The position numbers and the translations under genes are program-made. This document shows, piece after piece, positions 33,621-43,736 of a stretch of DNA of 64,000 nt. The stretch's first letter is position 1. Each line of letters opens with the position of its first letter. The DNA is taken from contig JASBVS010000009.1 of the NCBI GenBank assembly GCA_029960955.1, positions 22,645 to 86,644 of the forward strand, read 5' to 3'. Under the pieces are notes generated by a model. That model was not told the DNA's origin. It saw only the letters and a program-made list of their open reading frames with translations, and did no database searches. Origin of the DNA: Bacillota bacterium. Lineage in GTDB: Bacteria; Bacillota; Sulfobacillia; JAIMAT01.

Positions 33621-34699
33621 GTCATCGCCCCCTCGCGGCCGTCCTGCCGGGCGCCGCCCTCGCCCACCTCCGCCAGGCGGACGGGCGCCCCGGCCTCCGC
33701 CGCCGCGGCCCGCAGCCGCCTCCGCCTCTCCAGCCGCTCGGCCAGCGTCGGCAGGACGCCCCTCGGCAGGAAGAGGACGACCAGCATCATCAGCGCCCCG
33801 AAGAGCACCAGGTGCACCTGGCTGGCGCCGAAGTACGTGTTGGCCAGCTCGCTGAGCGGCTCCACCACGAAGGCGCCCAGCACCGGACCCCAGACCGTTC
33901 CGCGGCCGCCCAGCATCACGGCCAGCACCGTCTGCACGCTGACGATGATGTTGAAGAGCCCCAGCGGGTCGATGAAGGTCAGGTAGTAGGCGTAGACGCC
34001 GCCGGCGGCGCCCACCAGGAAGGTGCTGGCGGCGAAGGCGCTCACCTTGTAGATGCCGGTCGGCACGCCCATGGCCGCGGCCTTCTCCTCGTCCTCGCGG
34101 ATGGCCAGCAGGCCCAGCCCGAACTTGGTCCGCCGGACCCAGGCGGAGAGGCCCACGGAGAGCGCGGCCAGCAGCGCCATGGCGTAGTAGAAGGGGACGT
34201 TCTGCCACTGCCGGCTCCAGGTGGGAAGCGGCAGCGTCAGGCCGTGGGAACCGTTGGTGAAGGAGGCGTTGAGCGTCACCAGCTGCATGATGAAAAGGAA
34301 GGCGATGGTCATGATGACGAAGGCGTGCCCCCGCGCGCGCATCATCACCAGGCCCACCACCGCCGCCAGCACCGCCGCCGCCAGCGCCCCCAACGGCGCC
34401 AGGAGGAAGGGCGAGAGCTGCCAGCGAAGCGCCAGCAACGCCACCGTGTAGGCCCCCACGCCCAGGAAGGCGCTGTGTCCCAGCGAGACGTAGCCGGCGT
34501 ATCCCGAGACCACGTTCCAGCCGCTGGACAGGACCACCAGCAGGCAGGTCAGGATGAGCATGTTGAGGAAGAAGTCGTTCCGGACCGCCAGCGGGAAGAG
34601 CGCGGCCAGCACCGCGGCCGCCGCCACGACCGCGTGCCGCAGACGGACCCCCGTCCCTCCGCCGGCCGCCCGCGAGCCGGCCTCGCTCGCCCGACCCAC
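33617..34699 (-). CDS. livM: Branched-chain amino acid-type ABC permease
   Basis: WNVVSGYAGYVSLGHSAFLGVGAY, AIREDE and GGRGTVWGP. Start GTG at 34699. Confidence 0.88.
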   Translation of the reverse strand: MGRASEAGSRAAGGGTGVRLRHAVVAAAAVLAALFPLAVRNDFFLNMLILTCLLVVLSSGWNVVSGYAGYVSLGHSAFLGVGAYTVALLALRWQLSPFLLAPLGALAAAVLAAVVGLVMMRARGHAFVIMTIAFLFIMQLVTLNASFTNGSHGLTLPLPTWSRQWQNVPFYYAMALLAALSVGLSAWVRRTKFGLGLLAIREDEEKAAAMGVPTGIYKVSAFAASTFLVGAAGGVYAYYLTFIDPLGLFNIIVSVQTVLAVMLGGRGTVWGPVLGAFVVEPLSELANTYFGASQVHLVLFGALMMLVVLFLPRGVLPTLAERLERRRRLRAAAAEAGAPVRLAEVGEGGARQDGREGAMT

Positions 34700-34710
34700 G
34701 GCCTCACCCC

Positions 34711-35589
34711 CTATTGCGGGACGTCCTGCCGCAGCCGGAGCCCCAGGAGACCCTGCGGCCGCAGCAGGAGGACGACGAAGATCACCAGGTAGAAGACCCC
34801 GGTCGCCCACTTCACCGAGACGTAGGTGGAGGTGAGCGTCTCGGCCACGCCCAGGACCAGCGCCCCCAGCGCCGCGCCGGGGAGACTTCCCATGCCGCCC
34901 AGGACGACGATGCCCAGCAGCCGCGAGATCCAGAGGTAATGCGAGGCCGGCGAGAAGGGGTAGAGCACGCTGAGCATCGAGCCGCCGGCGCCGGCCGTCG
35001 CCGCGCCGATGGCGAAGGCCAGGGCCCGCACGCGCTCCGGGTCGACGCCGACCAGGGCCGCCAGCTGCGGGTTCTCCGTGGCGGTGCGGATCGCCCAGCC
35101 CACCCGCGTCCGGGCCAGGACCAGGTGGAGCGCCAGCAGCACCGCCACCGCCAGCAGGCCGGCGTAGAGCTGCGCCTCGGGCAGGAAGAAGGGCCCCAGG
35201 CGGACCGACCGTGCGACGTAGGAAGGCGTCACCGCCCGGTAGTCCCCGCTCCAGACCAGCCCGAGGAGGCCCTCGACGGCCACGGCCAGGGCGAAGGTGA
35301 GGAGCACCGCCATGGTGGCGGGATCGCCCCCCAGCCGCCGGATGAGGAGCCGGTGGACGAGCCAGCCGAAGCCGAACATCAGGGGCGTGGTGGCCAGCGC
35401 CAGGAGGAGCGGGTCGAGCCCCGTCGCGCGCCAGAGCGCCCACGTGACGAAGGCCGAGACGACCAGCATCGCCCCGTGGGCCACGTTGACGATGTTCATC
35501 ACGCCGAAGATCAGTGTCAGCCCGGAGGCCATCAGGGCGTAGACGCCGGCCACCAGCACCCCCAGCAGCAGCGTCTGCACGAACGCCAT
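34711..35589 (-). CDS. livH: Branched-chain amino acid-type ABC permease
   Basis: YALMASGLTLIFGVMNIVNVAHG and VLGGMGS motifs. Confidence 0.9.
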   Translation of the reverse strand: MAFVQTLLLGVLVAGVYALMASGLTLIFGVMNIVNVAHGAMLVVSAFVTWALWRATGLDPLLLALATTPLMFGFGWLVHRLLIRRLGGDPATMAVLLTFALAVAVEGLLGLVWSGDYRAVTPSYVARSVRLGPFFLPEAQLYAGLLAVAVLLALHLVLARTRVGWAIRTATENPQLAALVGVDPERVRALAFAIGAATAGAGGSMLSVLYPFSPASHYLWISRLLGIVVLGGMGSLPGAALGALVLGVAETLTSTYVSVKWATGVFYLVIFVVLLLRPQGLLGLRLRQDVPQ

Positions 35590-35683
35590 CCGATCCCGCC
35601 CCCTCGCCTCTCTCCGCGTCGCGTCCGGAGCGCCCGGGAGGGGCGGGGCCGAACCCGGCCCCGCGCCCCCCGGCGCCCCGCGG

Positions 35684-36943
35684 CTACTTCCAGCCCGGCT
35701 TGGGGAAGACGATCTGCCGCGAGGTGGCGACCGCCTCCGGCAGCACCACCTGCGGCGCCCCGCCCTGCCACTGGGCGAGGATGAAAGCTTGCTGCGGCGC
35801 GCCGTCGGCGTCCCAGCTGAGCGGCCCGAGGATGGTCTGCACGGTGTGGCTGTGGAGCCAGTCCGCGATCTTCTCCTGGTCCAGCGAGCCCACCGCCTCC
35901 ACCGCCGCCTGGAGCACCTGCGCGGCGGCGAAGGCGTCGGCCGCGTCCTCCGCCGGCTCCTCGCCGTTGAACATCTGGTGGTAGGTGTCCAGGAACTCCC
36001 TGTTCATCGGGTAGGAGGCGGCGGGGCTCCAGCTGGTGGTGAAGAAGATCCCCTCGGTGTTGGCCACGCCGATGGCGCCCTTGAACTGGTCGGTCTCCGA
36101 GGGCGCCGACGTCTCGAAGAGCACCTTCGGGCTGTAACCCACCTTCTGGAACGAGCGGATGAGGCCGACTCCGTCCGTGAAGACGGCGCCCTCGGCCACG
36201 AGCTCCGCGCCGCTGGCCTTGATCGCCTGGGCGATGGTGTCGAAGTTGGTCGTGTCCGGCGGGTAGATCTGCTTGTAGACCGTCTTCACCCCGCAGGCCT
36301 CCAGCTGCGTCCGGATGCCGTCGATCACCGGCGACGTGAAGGGGTCGTCCTGCGAGGGATAGGCGCCCGTCTTGGGCCGCTGGTCGGCCGGCAGGCCGCA
36401 GACCCAGTGGGCGAAGAGGTCCGCCTGGTGCGGCGCCGTCGCCTGCTGGGCGAAGAAGAGGAAGTGGAAGTGCCGGCTGAACATCTCCGGCGAGCCGCCC
36501 GCCGGCTCGACGTAGACCATGTGCGCCTTCTCCGCCACCGCCGAGGCCGGAAGGTTCAGTTTCGAGGAGAAGGTGCCCAGCAGCAGGTCGACCTTCTCCT
36601 GGCTGATCAGGGCGTTGTAGTCGGCCACGATGGTGTTGACGTCGCTCTGGTCGTCCTTGACCACCAGCTGGACCTGCCGCCCCAGGAGACCCCCGTTGGC
36701 GTTCACGAGTTTCTGCCAGACCTGGTAACCCTTGTGCGCGGCGGTGCCCGGGTCGGAGAAGGAGCCGGTCAGCGGCAGCGAGATGCCGATCCGGATCGGC
36801 GCCTTCGCAGCGGTGTTGCCGCCGCCGCCCCCGGAGGCGGCGGGGGCGCTTCCGGTCTGCCCCCCGCCTCCGCAGGCGGCCAGGAAGAACACCGAGGCCG
36901 CGGCCCCCAGGAGGACCCCACGTCGCCAGAAGCGACCCCGCAT
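35684..36943 (-). CDS. Leu/Ile/Val-type ABC substrate-binding lipoprotein
   Basis: ATG at 36943, lipobox FLAAC, IRIGISLPLTG and NANGGLLGR..L...DD. Confidence 0.88.
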   Translation of the reverse strand: MRGRFWRRGVLLGAAASVFFLAACGGGGQTGSAPAASGGGGGNTAAKAPIRIGISLPLTGSFSDPGTAAHKGYQVWQKLVNANGGLLGRQVQLVVKDDQSDVNTIVADYNALISQEKVDLLLGTFSSKLNLPASAVAEKAHMVYVEPAGGSPEMFSRHFHFLFFAQQATAPHQADLFAHWVCGLPADQRPKTGAYPSQDDPFTSPVIDGIRTQLEACGVKTVYKQIYPPDTTNFDTIAQAIKASGAELVAEGAVFTDGVGLIRSFQKVGYSPKVLFETSAPSETDQFKGAIGVANTEGIFFTTSWSPAASYPMNREFLDTYHQMFNGEEPAEDAADAFAAAQVLQAAVEAVGSLDQEKIADWLHSHTVQTILGPLSWDADGAPQQAFILAQWQGGAPQVVLPEAVATSRQIVFPKPGWK

Positions 36944-37073
36944 CTCTCTCGCCTCCCCCTCTCCCCGACCCTCCCGAGCCGGGGAGATCGTGAATATCCT
37001 ATTCGTTCTGCGCAATTCCCGCGGGCTACACCAGTGCCGCCCCGCCACGGCCGGCGGCCGGGTGCGGGCGCCG

Positions 37074-38099
37074 TCAGCGGCGGGCCAGCAGGCCCGCGCG
37101 TCCCGCCCGCTCCAGCGTCGCCCGCGCCGCCGCCACGATCTCCTCCACCCCCGGAACGACGTAGCGCTCCAGCTCGGGCGCGAAGGGCGTGGGCGCGAAG
37201 CGCGCGCCGACGCGGGCGATCTCCACGTCCACCTCGTCCAGCGCTTCCTCGTAGACGGTCGCCGCGATCTCCGCTCCCATCCCCCCTTGACGGACCGCCT
37301 GATGGGCCACCACCAGCGCCCGCGTCTTCCGGAAGGAAGCCAGGACCGTCTCCCGGTCCCACGGGCTGACGGTGCGCAGGTCGATCACCTCGGCCTCCAC
37401 CCCGTCCTCGCGGGCGAGGCGCTCGGCCGCCTCCAGCGCCATGGCCACCATGGCCCCGTAGGTGACCACCGTGACGTCGCGGCCGGGGCGCTTGACGTCG
37501 GCCTTCCCCAGCGGCGCCACCTCGTCGGCGCCCGGGTCGGGCACCGGCCCGCGGCTGTTGTAGAGCACGTTGGGTTCGAAGAAGACCACCGGGTCGGGAT
37601 CCCGGATGGCCGCCTTGAGGAGCGCCTTCCCGTCCCGCGGGGTGGAGGGGACGACCACCTTCAACCCGGGGACGTGGGCGAACCAGGCTTCCAGGAGCTG
37701 CGAGTGCTGCGGGCCCGCCGAGCGGCCCGGCCCGCCCTGGCAGCGGACGGTCAGCGGAACCGCCACCTGGCCGCCGGACATGTAGCGGATCTTCGCGGCC
37801 TGGCTGACCAGCTGGTCCATGGCGATCTCCAGGAAGTCCACGTACATGACCTCGACCACCGGTCGCGAACCGGTGACGGCCGCCCCCACCCCGGCGCCGA
37901 CGATGGCCGCCTCGGAGATGGGCGCGTTCCGCACCCGGCGCGTGCCGAACCGGGTGGAGAGGCCCAGCGTCACCTTGTAGGAGCCGCCCATGGGATCCTG
38001 GATGTCCTCGCCCAGGAGGAAGACGGACGGATCGCGCTCCATCTCCTCCGCCAGCGCCTCCCGCAGCGCCTCGCGCATCGTCAGCTCGCGCACCGGCAC
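37074..38099 (-). CDS. 2-oxoacid/acetoin dehydrogenase E1 beta subunit
   Basis: LGEDI, PISEAAIVG, QHSQ, PGLKVVVPS and IDLRT motifs. Confidence 0.92.
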   Translation of the reverse strand: MPVRELTMREALREALAEEMERDPSVFLLGEDIQDPMGGSYKVTLGLSTRFGTRRVRNAPISEAAIVGAGVGAAVTGSRPVVEVMYVDFLEIAMDQLVSQAAKIRYMSGGQVAVPLTVRCQGGPGRSAGPQHSQLLEAWFAHVPGLKVVVPSTPRDGKALLKAAIRDPDPVVFFEPNVLYNSRGPVPDPGADEVAPLGKADVKRPGRDVTVVTYGAMVAMALEAAERLAREDGVEAEVIDLRTVSPWDRETVLASFRKTRALVVAHQAVRQGGMGAEIAATVYEEALDEVDVEIARVGARFAPTPFAPELERYVVPGVEEIVAAARATLERAGRAGLLARR

Positions 38100-38138
38100 C
38101 GTCGCCCCCTTCCGCCACCGCTCCGCGCGCGGCCTCCC

Positions 38139-39110
38139 TCAACCGGCGTAGACGTCCTCCAGCGCGCTCTCCGGAGCCGGCCGGCGGCCGCGGGCGCCAG
38201 CCTCGGCGGCCGCCTCGATCTCGGCCTCCACCTCGGCGCGCAGGCGGGCCTCGCCCTCCTCGTCCAGCGCGCCCTGCTCCAGCAGCCAGGCGGCCACCCG
38301 CCGCAGCGGGTCGCGCGCCTTCCAGGAGGCGACTTCCTCGTCGCTCCGGTAGACCGCCGGGTCGCCGATGTAGTGGCCGTACCAGCGGTAGGTGCGGCAC
38401 TCCAGGAGCGTCGGCCCCCCGCCCCGGCGCGCCCGCTCCACCGCCCTCTGCGCCGCCTCCAGGACGGCGAAGAGGTCGTTGCCGTCGACCAGCTCGCCGG
38501 GGATGCCGTAGCCCTGGGCGCGGACGGTCAGGTCCGGCGCCCGGTCCACCGTCCGGTGGGGCGTCGACTCGGCGTACTGGTTGTTCTCGCAGACGAAGAC
38601 GACGGGCAGCTCCCAGATGGCGGCCATGTTGACCCCCTCGTGGAAGGCGCCGGTGGTGACGGCGCCGTCGCCGAAGAAGCAGGCGACCACCCGGTCCGAG
38701 CCGCGGTTCTGCAGCGAGATGCCGGCGCCCGCGGCGATGGGGATGCCGGCCCCGACGATGCCGTTGGCGCCCAGCACGCCGATGGAGAAGTCCATGATGT
38801 GCATGGAGCCGCCCTTGCCGCGGTTGTACCCTTCCTCGCTCCCGTAGAGCTCGAGAAACATGCGCGCCGGGTCGGCGCCCTTGGCCAGGATGTGCCCGTG
38901 CCCGCGGTGCGTGGAGGTGATCAGGTCATCCCGCTCCAGCCAGGCACAGACGCCCACGGGCACCGCCTCCTGGCCCACCGAGGAGTGGAGGAAGCCCGGC
39001 AGCGCCCCCTTCTGGTAGAGCTCCGCCGCCTTCTCCTCGAAGGCGCGGATGCGCACCATCCGCCGGTAGAGCTCGACGATCCAGGCCGGGTCGAAGGCCA
39101 CCCCGCTCAC
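38139..39110 (-). CDS. 2-oxoacid/acetoin dehydrogenase E1 alpha subunit
   Basis: GQEA, STHRGHGH, GKGGSMH, FFGDGA...ENN and TYRWYGH motifs. Confidence 0.92.
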   Translation of the reverse strand: MSGVAFDPAWIVELYRRMVRIRAFEEKAAELYQKGALPGFLHSSVGQEAVPVGVCAWLERDDLITSTHRGHGHILAKGADPARMFLELYGSEEGYNRGKGGSMHIMDFSIGVLGANGIVGAGIPIAAGAGISLQNRGSDRVVACFFGDGAVTTGAFHEGVNMAAIWELPVVFVCENNQYAESTPHRTVDRAPDLTVRAQGYGIPGELVDGNDLFAVLEAAQRAVERARRGGGPTLLECRTYRWYGHYIGDPAVYRSDEEVASWKARDPLRRVAAWLLEQGALDEEGEARLRAEVEAEIEAAAEAGARGRRPAPESALEDVYAG

Positions 39111-39167
39111 GTCCCCTGCCTCCCTTCCGCCGCTACCCGCGCGCCGCCGGCTCCGTGCCGCCGGCTC

Positions 39168-40406
39168 TCAGAAGAGCAGCCAGCCCTCCCGCGACTCCAG
39201 CCGCGCCACCAGCGCGGCCAGGAAGCGCGCCGCCTCGGCGCCGTCCGCCGCCCGGTGGTCGACCGTCAGCGTCAGCGTCGCCACGGGCCGGACCACCACC
39301 TCGCCCCCGCGCACCACCGCCTGCTCCCGCACCGCCCCCACGGCCAGGATGGCCGCCTCCCCCGGGTTGCAGATGGCGCGGAAGGCGTCGACGCCGAACG
39401 GGCCCAGGTTGGAGAGGGTGAAGGTCCCGCCGGACATCGCCTCGGGAGGAAGCCTCCCCGCCCGCGCGGCCTCCACCAGCCGCGCCCGCCGGGAGGCGAT
39501 CTCGCCCAGCGCCAGGCGCTCCGCGTGGTGGAGGACCGGCACCAGCAGGCCGCCCTCCTCCAGGACCGTCGCCAGGCCCACCGCCACCTCGTCGTGGAAG
39601 ACGAGCGCCCCCTCGCCCGGTGCCGCCCCTTCCTCGAAGGTGGCGTTGAGCGCCGGAAACTCGAGGAGGCTCTGCGCCACCGCCTGCACCAGGAAGTCGG
39701 TGAGCGAGAGGCGCAGCGGCCCCTCCCGCCCGCGCTGCCCCGCCAGCGCGCGGCGCAGCTCCAGGATGGCGCCGGCGTCGAAGCTGCGGCTGACCGAGAA
39801 CTGCGGCACGGTCTGCCAGGAGCGGAGCATGCTCCGGGCGACGGCCCGCCGCATACGGGAGAGCTCCAGGCGGCGCCCGCCCGCCACCGGCCCACGACGG
39901 CGGGGCCTCCAGGCAGCACGATCCGCCCGCGGGCCGCTGCCGCGGATGCCGCGCAGGTCGATGCCGCGGCGGCGCGCCTCGCGGCGGACCGCCGGCGAGG
40001 CGCGGACCGCCGCCCTCTCCGGCTCGACCGCGCTCCCGGGCGCCGCGGCCGCGACCGCCCCGCCGTCCGGCGAAGGAAGCCGGCCCGCCGCCACCGGACT
40101 CCCGGGCTCGCCCGGGGCGGCTCGCGGCGCCTCCCGCTCCGGTGCCGGCGGCAGCTCCTCGCCCGCGCCTTCGCTGAAGAGCGCCAAGCTTCGCCCCACG
40201 CGGACGACCTCCCCCGGCCGGACCAGCACCGCCCGCAGGAAGCCGTCCAGCGGCGCCTCCACCTCCATGACCGCCTTGTCGGTCTCGATCTCCGCCACCG
40301 GCTCGCCGCGCCGCACCGGATCGCCCGCCGACTTGAGCCAGCGGAGAAGCCTGCCTTCCTCCATGGTCAGGCCCATGCGCGGCATGGTGAGCGGGACCAC
40401 GGCCAT
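39168..40406 (-). CDS. Dihydrolipoamide acyltransferase E2
   Basis: Lipoyl motif ETDKA, ASPAVRR peripheral-subunit-binding domain, TLSNLG and catalytic DHRAADG. Confidence 0.88.
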   Translation of the reverse strand: MAVVPLTMPRMGLTMEEGRLLRWLKSAGDPVRRGEPVAEIETDKAVMEVEAPLDGFLRAVLVRPGEVVRVGRSLALFSEGAGEELPPAPEREAPRAAPGEPGSPVAAGRLPSPDGGAVAAAAPGSAVEPERAAVRASPAVRREARRRGIDLRGIRGSGPRADRAAWRPRRRGPVAGGRRLELSRMRRAVARSMLRSWQTVPQFSVSRSFDAGAILELRRALAGQRGREGPLRLSLTDFLVQAVAQSLLEFPALNATFEEGAAPGEGALVFHDEVAVGLATVLEEGGLLVPVLHHAERLALGEIASRRARLVEAARAGRLPPEAMSGGTFTLSNLGPFGVDAFRAICNPGEAAILAVGAVREQAVVRGGEVVVRPVATLTLTVDHRAADGAEAARFLAALVARLESREGWLLF

Positions 40407-40421
40407 CCTCCTCGCCTCCCG

Positions 40422-41480
40422 TCAGGCGGCGTCCGGCCGGAGCAGGACGCGGATCGCCCCGTCGCGCCGCTGGACGAAGGTCTCCCAGGCCTCGGCGAAG
40501 CGCCGCAGCGGGAAGCGGTGGGTGACCAGGGGCGCCACGCGGACCCTGCCCGCCGCCATCAGCTCCAGCCCCCGCTCGGAGACGCCGCGCGGGTTGGCCA
40601 CCGAGCCCAGCACGTCCAGGTGGCCCCGCACGATGCGCGGCAGCTCCACGTCGAGCCGCGCGTCGCCGCCGGTCGCCCCCGCCAGCACCACGCGGCCGCC
40701 GCGGCGGACGACGCCGACGGCCAGGCTGGCCGCCTGGGCCGTGCCGGCGAACTCGACGGCGGCGTCCGCCCCGCGCCCGCCCAGCTCGCGCCGCACGGCC
40801 GCCTCGGGGTCGGCTTCCTGGCGGACGTCCACCACCGCGTCGGCGCCCAGCTCGAGGCCCTTGCGCAGCCGGTCGGGGCGCGTGCCCACCAGCACCACCC
40901 GGCCGGCGGTCAGCCGCGCCACCTGGAGGGCGATCAGGCCGATGGCGCCCGGCCCGACCACCGCCACCCGCTCGCCCGGGCGCAGCCCCGCCCGCTCCAC
41001 CGCCCAGAGGGCGACGCCCACGTTGTCCGTGAAGGCGCCCGCCTCGTCGTCGACGCCCTCCGGCAGCCGGTGGAGGCTCCGCTCCGGCACGGCGGCGTAC
41101 TCGGCCAGGCCGCCGGGGATGGTGAAGCCGATGTGGGCGTGCCCCCAGGCGGGATCGCCGTAGTGCTCGCACAGGTTGTAGAGCCCCTCGCGGCAGGGCG
41201 GGCACTGCCCGCAGCCCACGTGCACCTCCACCCCCACCCGGTCGCCGCGCCGGAAGCCGACCACCCCCGGTCCCGTCGCCTCCACCACCCCGGCCCACTC
41301 GTGGCCCGGAACATGGGGATAGCGGACGCCGGCGAAGCGCCCCTCCAGCACCTTCCGGTCGGTGGCGCAGACCATGCTGGCCGTCACGCGGACCAGCACC
41401 TCGCCCGCCCGCGGCTCCGGCACGGGCAGGTCGTCGCGCACCTCGAAGCGTCCCGGTTCGGGGATCCAGACCGCCAGCAC
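40422..41480 (-). CDS. Zn-dependent MDR dehydrogenase (threonine/sorbitol DH-like)
   Basis: CATD, GHEW, CGQCPPC...C and GPGAIG motifs. Confidence 0.88.
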   Translation of the reverse strand: MLAVWIPEPGRFEVRDDLPVPEPRAGEVLVRVTASMVCATDRKVLEGRFAGVRYPHVPGHEWAGVVEATGPGVVGFRRGDRVGVEVHVGCGQCPPCREGLYNLCEHYGDPAWGHAHIGFTIPGGLAEYAAVPERSLHRLPEGVDDEAGAFTDNVGVALWAVERAGLRPGERVAVVGPGAIGLIALQVARLTAGRVVLVGTRPDRLRKGLELGADAVVDVRQEADPEAAVRRELGGRGADAAVEFAGTAQAASLAVGVVRRGGRVVLAGATGGDARLDVELPRIVRGHLDVLGSVANPRGVSERGLELMAAGRVRVAPLVTHRFPLRRFAEAWETFVQRRDGAIRVLLRPDAA

Positions 41481-41498
41481 GGGTCTCGCCTCGCTCCG

Positions 41499-42587
41499 TC
41501 AGGGGTGGACCAGCACCTTGAGCGCCCCGTCGACGCGCTCCTTGAAGGTCTCGTAGGCGCGCGCGAACTCCTCCAGCGGGAAGTGGTGGGTGATGAGGCT
41601 GGCGACGTCGATGCGGCGGGCGGCCATCAGCGGCAGGACGCGCTCCATGGTGTTCCGGTTGGCCCGCACCCCGCGCAGGTCGATCTCCTCGAGCACGATC
41701 TTCTGCATGGGCAGGGCCACGGCCTCGTGGGGCACGCCGGTGAAGACCACCCTTCCCCCCTTGCGGGTCATCTCCACCGCCTGCCGGATGGAGTCCGCCG
41801 TGCCCGCGCAATCGATGGCGACGTCGACGCCGCCGCCGCTCAGCCGGCGCACCTCCTGGACCGCATCGACCCGGCGGTGGTCGACGACCTTGTCGGCGAA
41901 GGGACGGGAGCGCTCGAGCCGATCGCCCGAGCCGGTGACCAGCACCTGGCCGGCCCCCATCGCCCGCGCGCTCTGGGCGACGAGGATGCCCATGGGGCCG
42001 GCCCCCACCACGGCCACGCGGTCACCCGGGCCGACCCCGCCGCGTTCCGCCGACCAGAGGGCGATGCTGGAGGCGTCCGCCAGCGCCCCCTCGTCGAGGT
42101 CGAGCCCCTCGGGCAGCGGGAAGACGCTCTTCACGGAGTGGACCACATACTCCGCGTAAGCGCCCTGGCTGTAGTGCCCGTACTGGCGGTGGCCCAGCTC
42201 GGGTCGCCCGTAGTTCTCGCAGAGGTTGTAGCGGCCCTCCCTGCACATGCGGCAGTAGCCGCAGCCCGCGTGCGAGGTGCCGGCCACCCGCTGCCCCGGC
42301 CGCCAGCCGAAGGCGGCCGCCAGCTCGCCCGCCGCCACCACCTCGCCCGACCACTCGTGGCCGGGGACGAACGGGTACTCCCGCGGCCACTGGCCGGGGT
42401 GGCGCCCCTCGATGATGTGGACGTCGGTGCCGCAGATGGCCACCGCGTGGACGCGGCAGAGCACCTCGTCCCTCCCGGGCCGGGGCACGGGCAGCTCGCC
42501 GACGTGGAAGCGCTGCGGCCCGTCCAGGATCAGGGCGCGCATCCTCTCCGGCAGTCCCGCCGTCTCCCGCTTCAGTGCCAGGCTCAT
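41499..42587 (-). CDS. Zn-dependent MDR dehydrogenase (threonine/sorbitol DH-like)
   Basis: ICGTD, GHEW, CGYCRMC...C and GAGPMG; clear paralog of the adjacent gene. Confidence 0.88.
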   Translation of the reverse strand: MSLALKRETAGLPERMRALILDGPQRFHVGELPVPRPGRDEVLCRVHAVAICGTDVHIIEGRHPGQWPREYPFVPGHEWSGEVVAAGELAAAFGWRPGQRVAGTSHAGCGYCRMCREGRYNLCENYGRPELGHRQYGHYSQGAYAEYVVHSVKSVFPLPEGLDLDEGALADASSIALWSAERGGVGPGDRVAVVGAGPMGILVAQSARAMGAGQVLVTGSGDRLERSRPFADKVVDHRRVDAVQEVRRLSGGGVDVAIDCAGTADSIRQAVEMTRKGGRVVFTGVPHEAVALPMQKIVLEEIDLRGVRANRNTMERVLPLMAARRIDVASLITHHFPLEEFARAYETFKERVDGALKVLVHP

Positions 42588-42629
42588 CGGGCCTCCGTCA
42601 CCCCGTCTCCCGGGTTCGCGCGCGCCGCC

Positions 42630-43400
42630 TCAGTCGTCCAGGAAGGCGACCAGCCTGCAGATGGAGGACTCGCCCCGGAAGAACTTCCAGGGGAAGGCGC
42701 CCACCGTCACCCTCCGGTTGACGATCTGGTCGATGCCGCGACCGATGTTCTCGATCAGCAGGACGTTGCGCGCCGCCGTCCGGCGGTGGCTCTGAAGGAA
42801 GTGCTTCCTGGGCAGCAGCTCCTCGATGGGCCTGCCGAACTTCTGCTCCATCTCCTCGACGAGGTCGGGGCGGTAGTTGCGGATGGCCGTCCAGAGCGGG
42901 TGCTCCACCGAGGGTGCGTCGGCGCCGATCCACGGCGCCTCCACCTCGTCCAGCAGGTAGGTGACCAGGTCCACCGACGGACCCGGGCACTTGCAAAAGT
43001 AGCGCGTCTCGTCGGGCTCCTCGCCCTCCCAGTTGAAGCGGTGCCAGTTGTAGTAGAGGATGACCGCGTCGCCCTTCTGGATGGCGGGCGCCTTGGCGGC
43101 GGCGGCCAGGAACATCTCCCGGTCGACGATGGTGTAGTCGTCGACGAAGGGGCTCAGGTCGACCACCACCGTCGGGCGGTAGAGCCGGTCCAGCGGGATC
43201 TCGTGGACCCACCAGCCCCTGGGGTTGAAGTGCTGCGGCGCGTCGACGTGCGTCCCGGAGTGCATGTTGGTCTCGATGATCTGGCTCTGCAGGCCGTCCC
43301 GGTGGTGGCTGTGGAAGTTGGTCACCTTGGTGCTGGGGAAGTAGGGCCATGTGGGCGTCAGCACGCCCCAGCTCTGCGTCAGGTCGACCAGCCTTGCCAA
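42630..43400 (-). CDS. Cyclase-family metal-dependent hydrolase (kynurenine formamidase / isatin hydrolase fold)
   Basis: LVDLTQ, HSGTHVDAP.HF metal motif, and H...LIENI. Start TTG at 43400 after GGGGGAGGAG. Confidence 0.85.
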   Translation of the reverse strand: MARLVDLTQSWGVLTPTWPYFPSTKVTNFHSHHRDGLQSQIIETNMHSGTHVDAPQHFNPRGWWVHEIPLDRLYRPTVVVDLSPFVDDYTIVDREMFLAAAAKAPAIQKGDAVILYYNWHRFNWEGEEPDETRYFCKCPGPSVDLVTYLLDEVEAPWIGADAPSVEHPLWTAIRNYRPDLVEEMEQKFGRPIEELLPRKHFLQSHRRTAARNVLLIENIGRGIDQIVNRRVTVGAFPWKFFRGESSICRLVAFLDD

Positions 43401-43494
43401 CTCTCCTCCCCCCCGACCTTCGCCGGCCGCCCGCCCCCGCCCGCTCCGCCGCGGGAGCCGTTCCCCGGGCGACGGCGGCCGCCCGGGGCGGTTA

Positions 43495-43508
43495 TGCAAT
43501 CGATTGCG
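43495..43508. promoter_or_regulatory. LacI-type operator TGCAATCGATTGCG
   Basis: Perfect 12-bp palindrome GCAATCGATTGC with central CG, about 95 bp upstream of the cyclase gene. Confidence 0.7.
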
Positions 43509-43736
43509 GCCTTTGGCCTGCTAGTTCGCCGCCCGGTGCCACATTCCTTCCTGTGGTTTCGGTTTTCAGTGCGGAAACAGGGAGAAGATGGAGGCGGGCG
43601 ACCGCAGCGGCCGGCCGCACCCCTTTCCGGGCGCCTTTGCGGAGGCGGCGCGGGCCGGCCGGGCGGGGCTTGCCGGCGGCCTCCCGACGCCCGGCGGCTC
43701 CGCCCGGGAGGGCCCCGGCTGCAGGAAACGACGGCT

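Noticed and set aside
37025..37039. Sigma-54-like GG-N10-GC element (CGGCACTGGTGTAGC, minus strand) upstream of the ABC binding protein
   Set aside because: Deviates from TGGCAC-N5-TTGC at key positions, no enhancer-binding protein is in the window, and a sigma-A-like TTGCGC-17-CACGAT nearby explains the region equally well.
41808..41819. GCAATCGATGGC, resembling the LacI operator
   Set aside because: Lies inside a coding region (AIDC codons) and is explained by the protein sequence.
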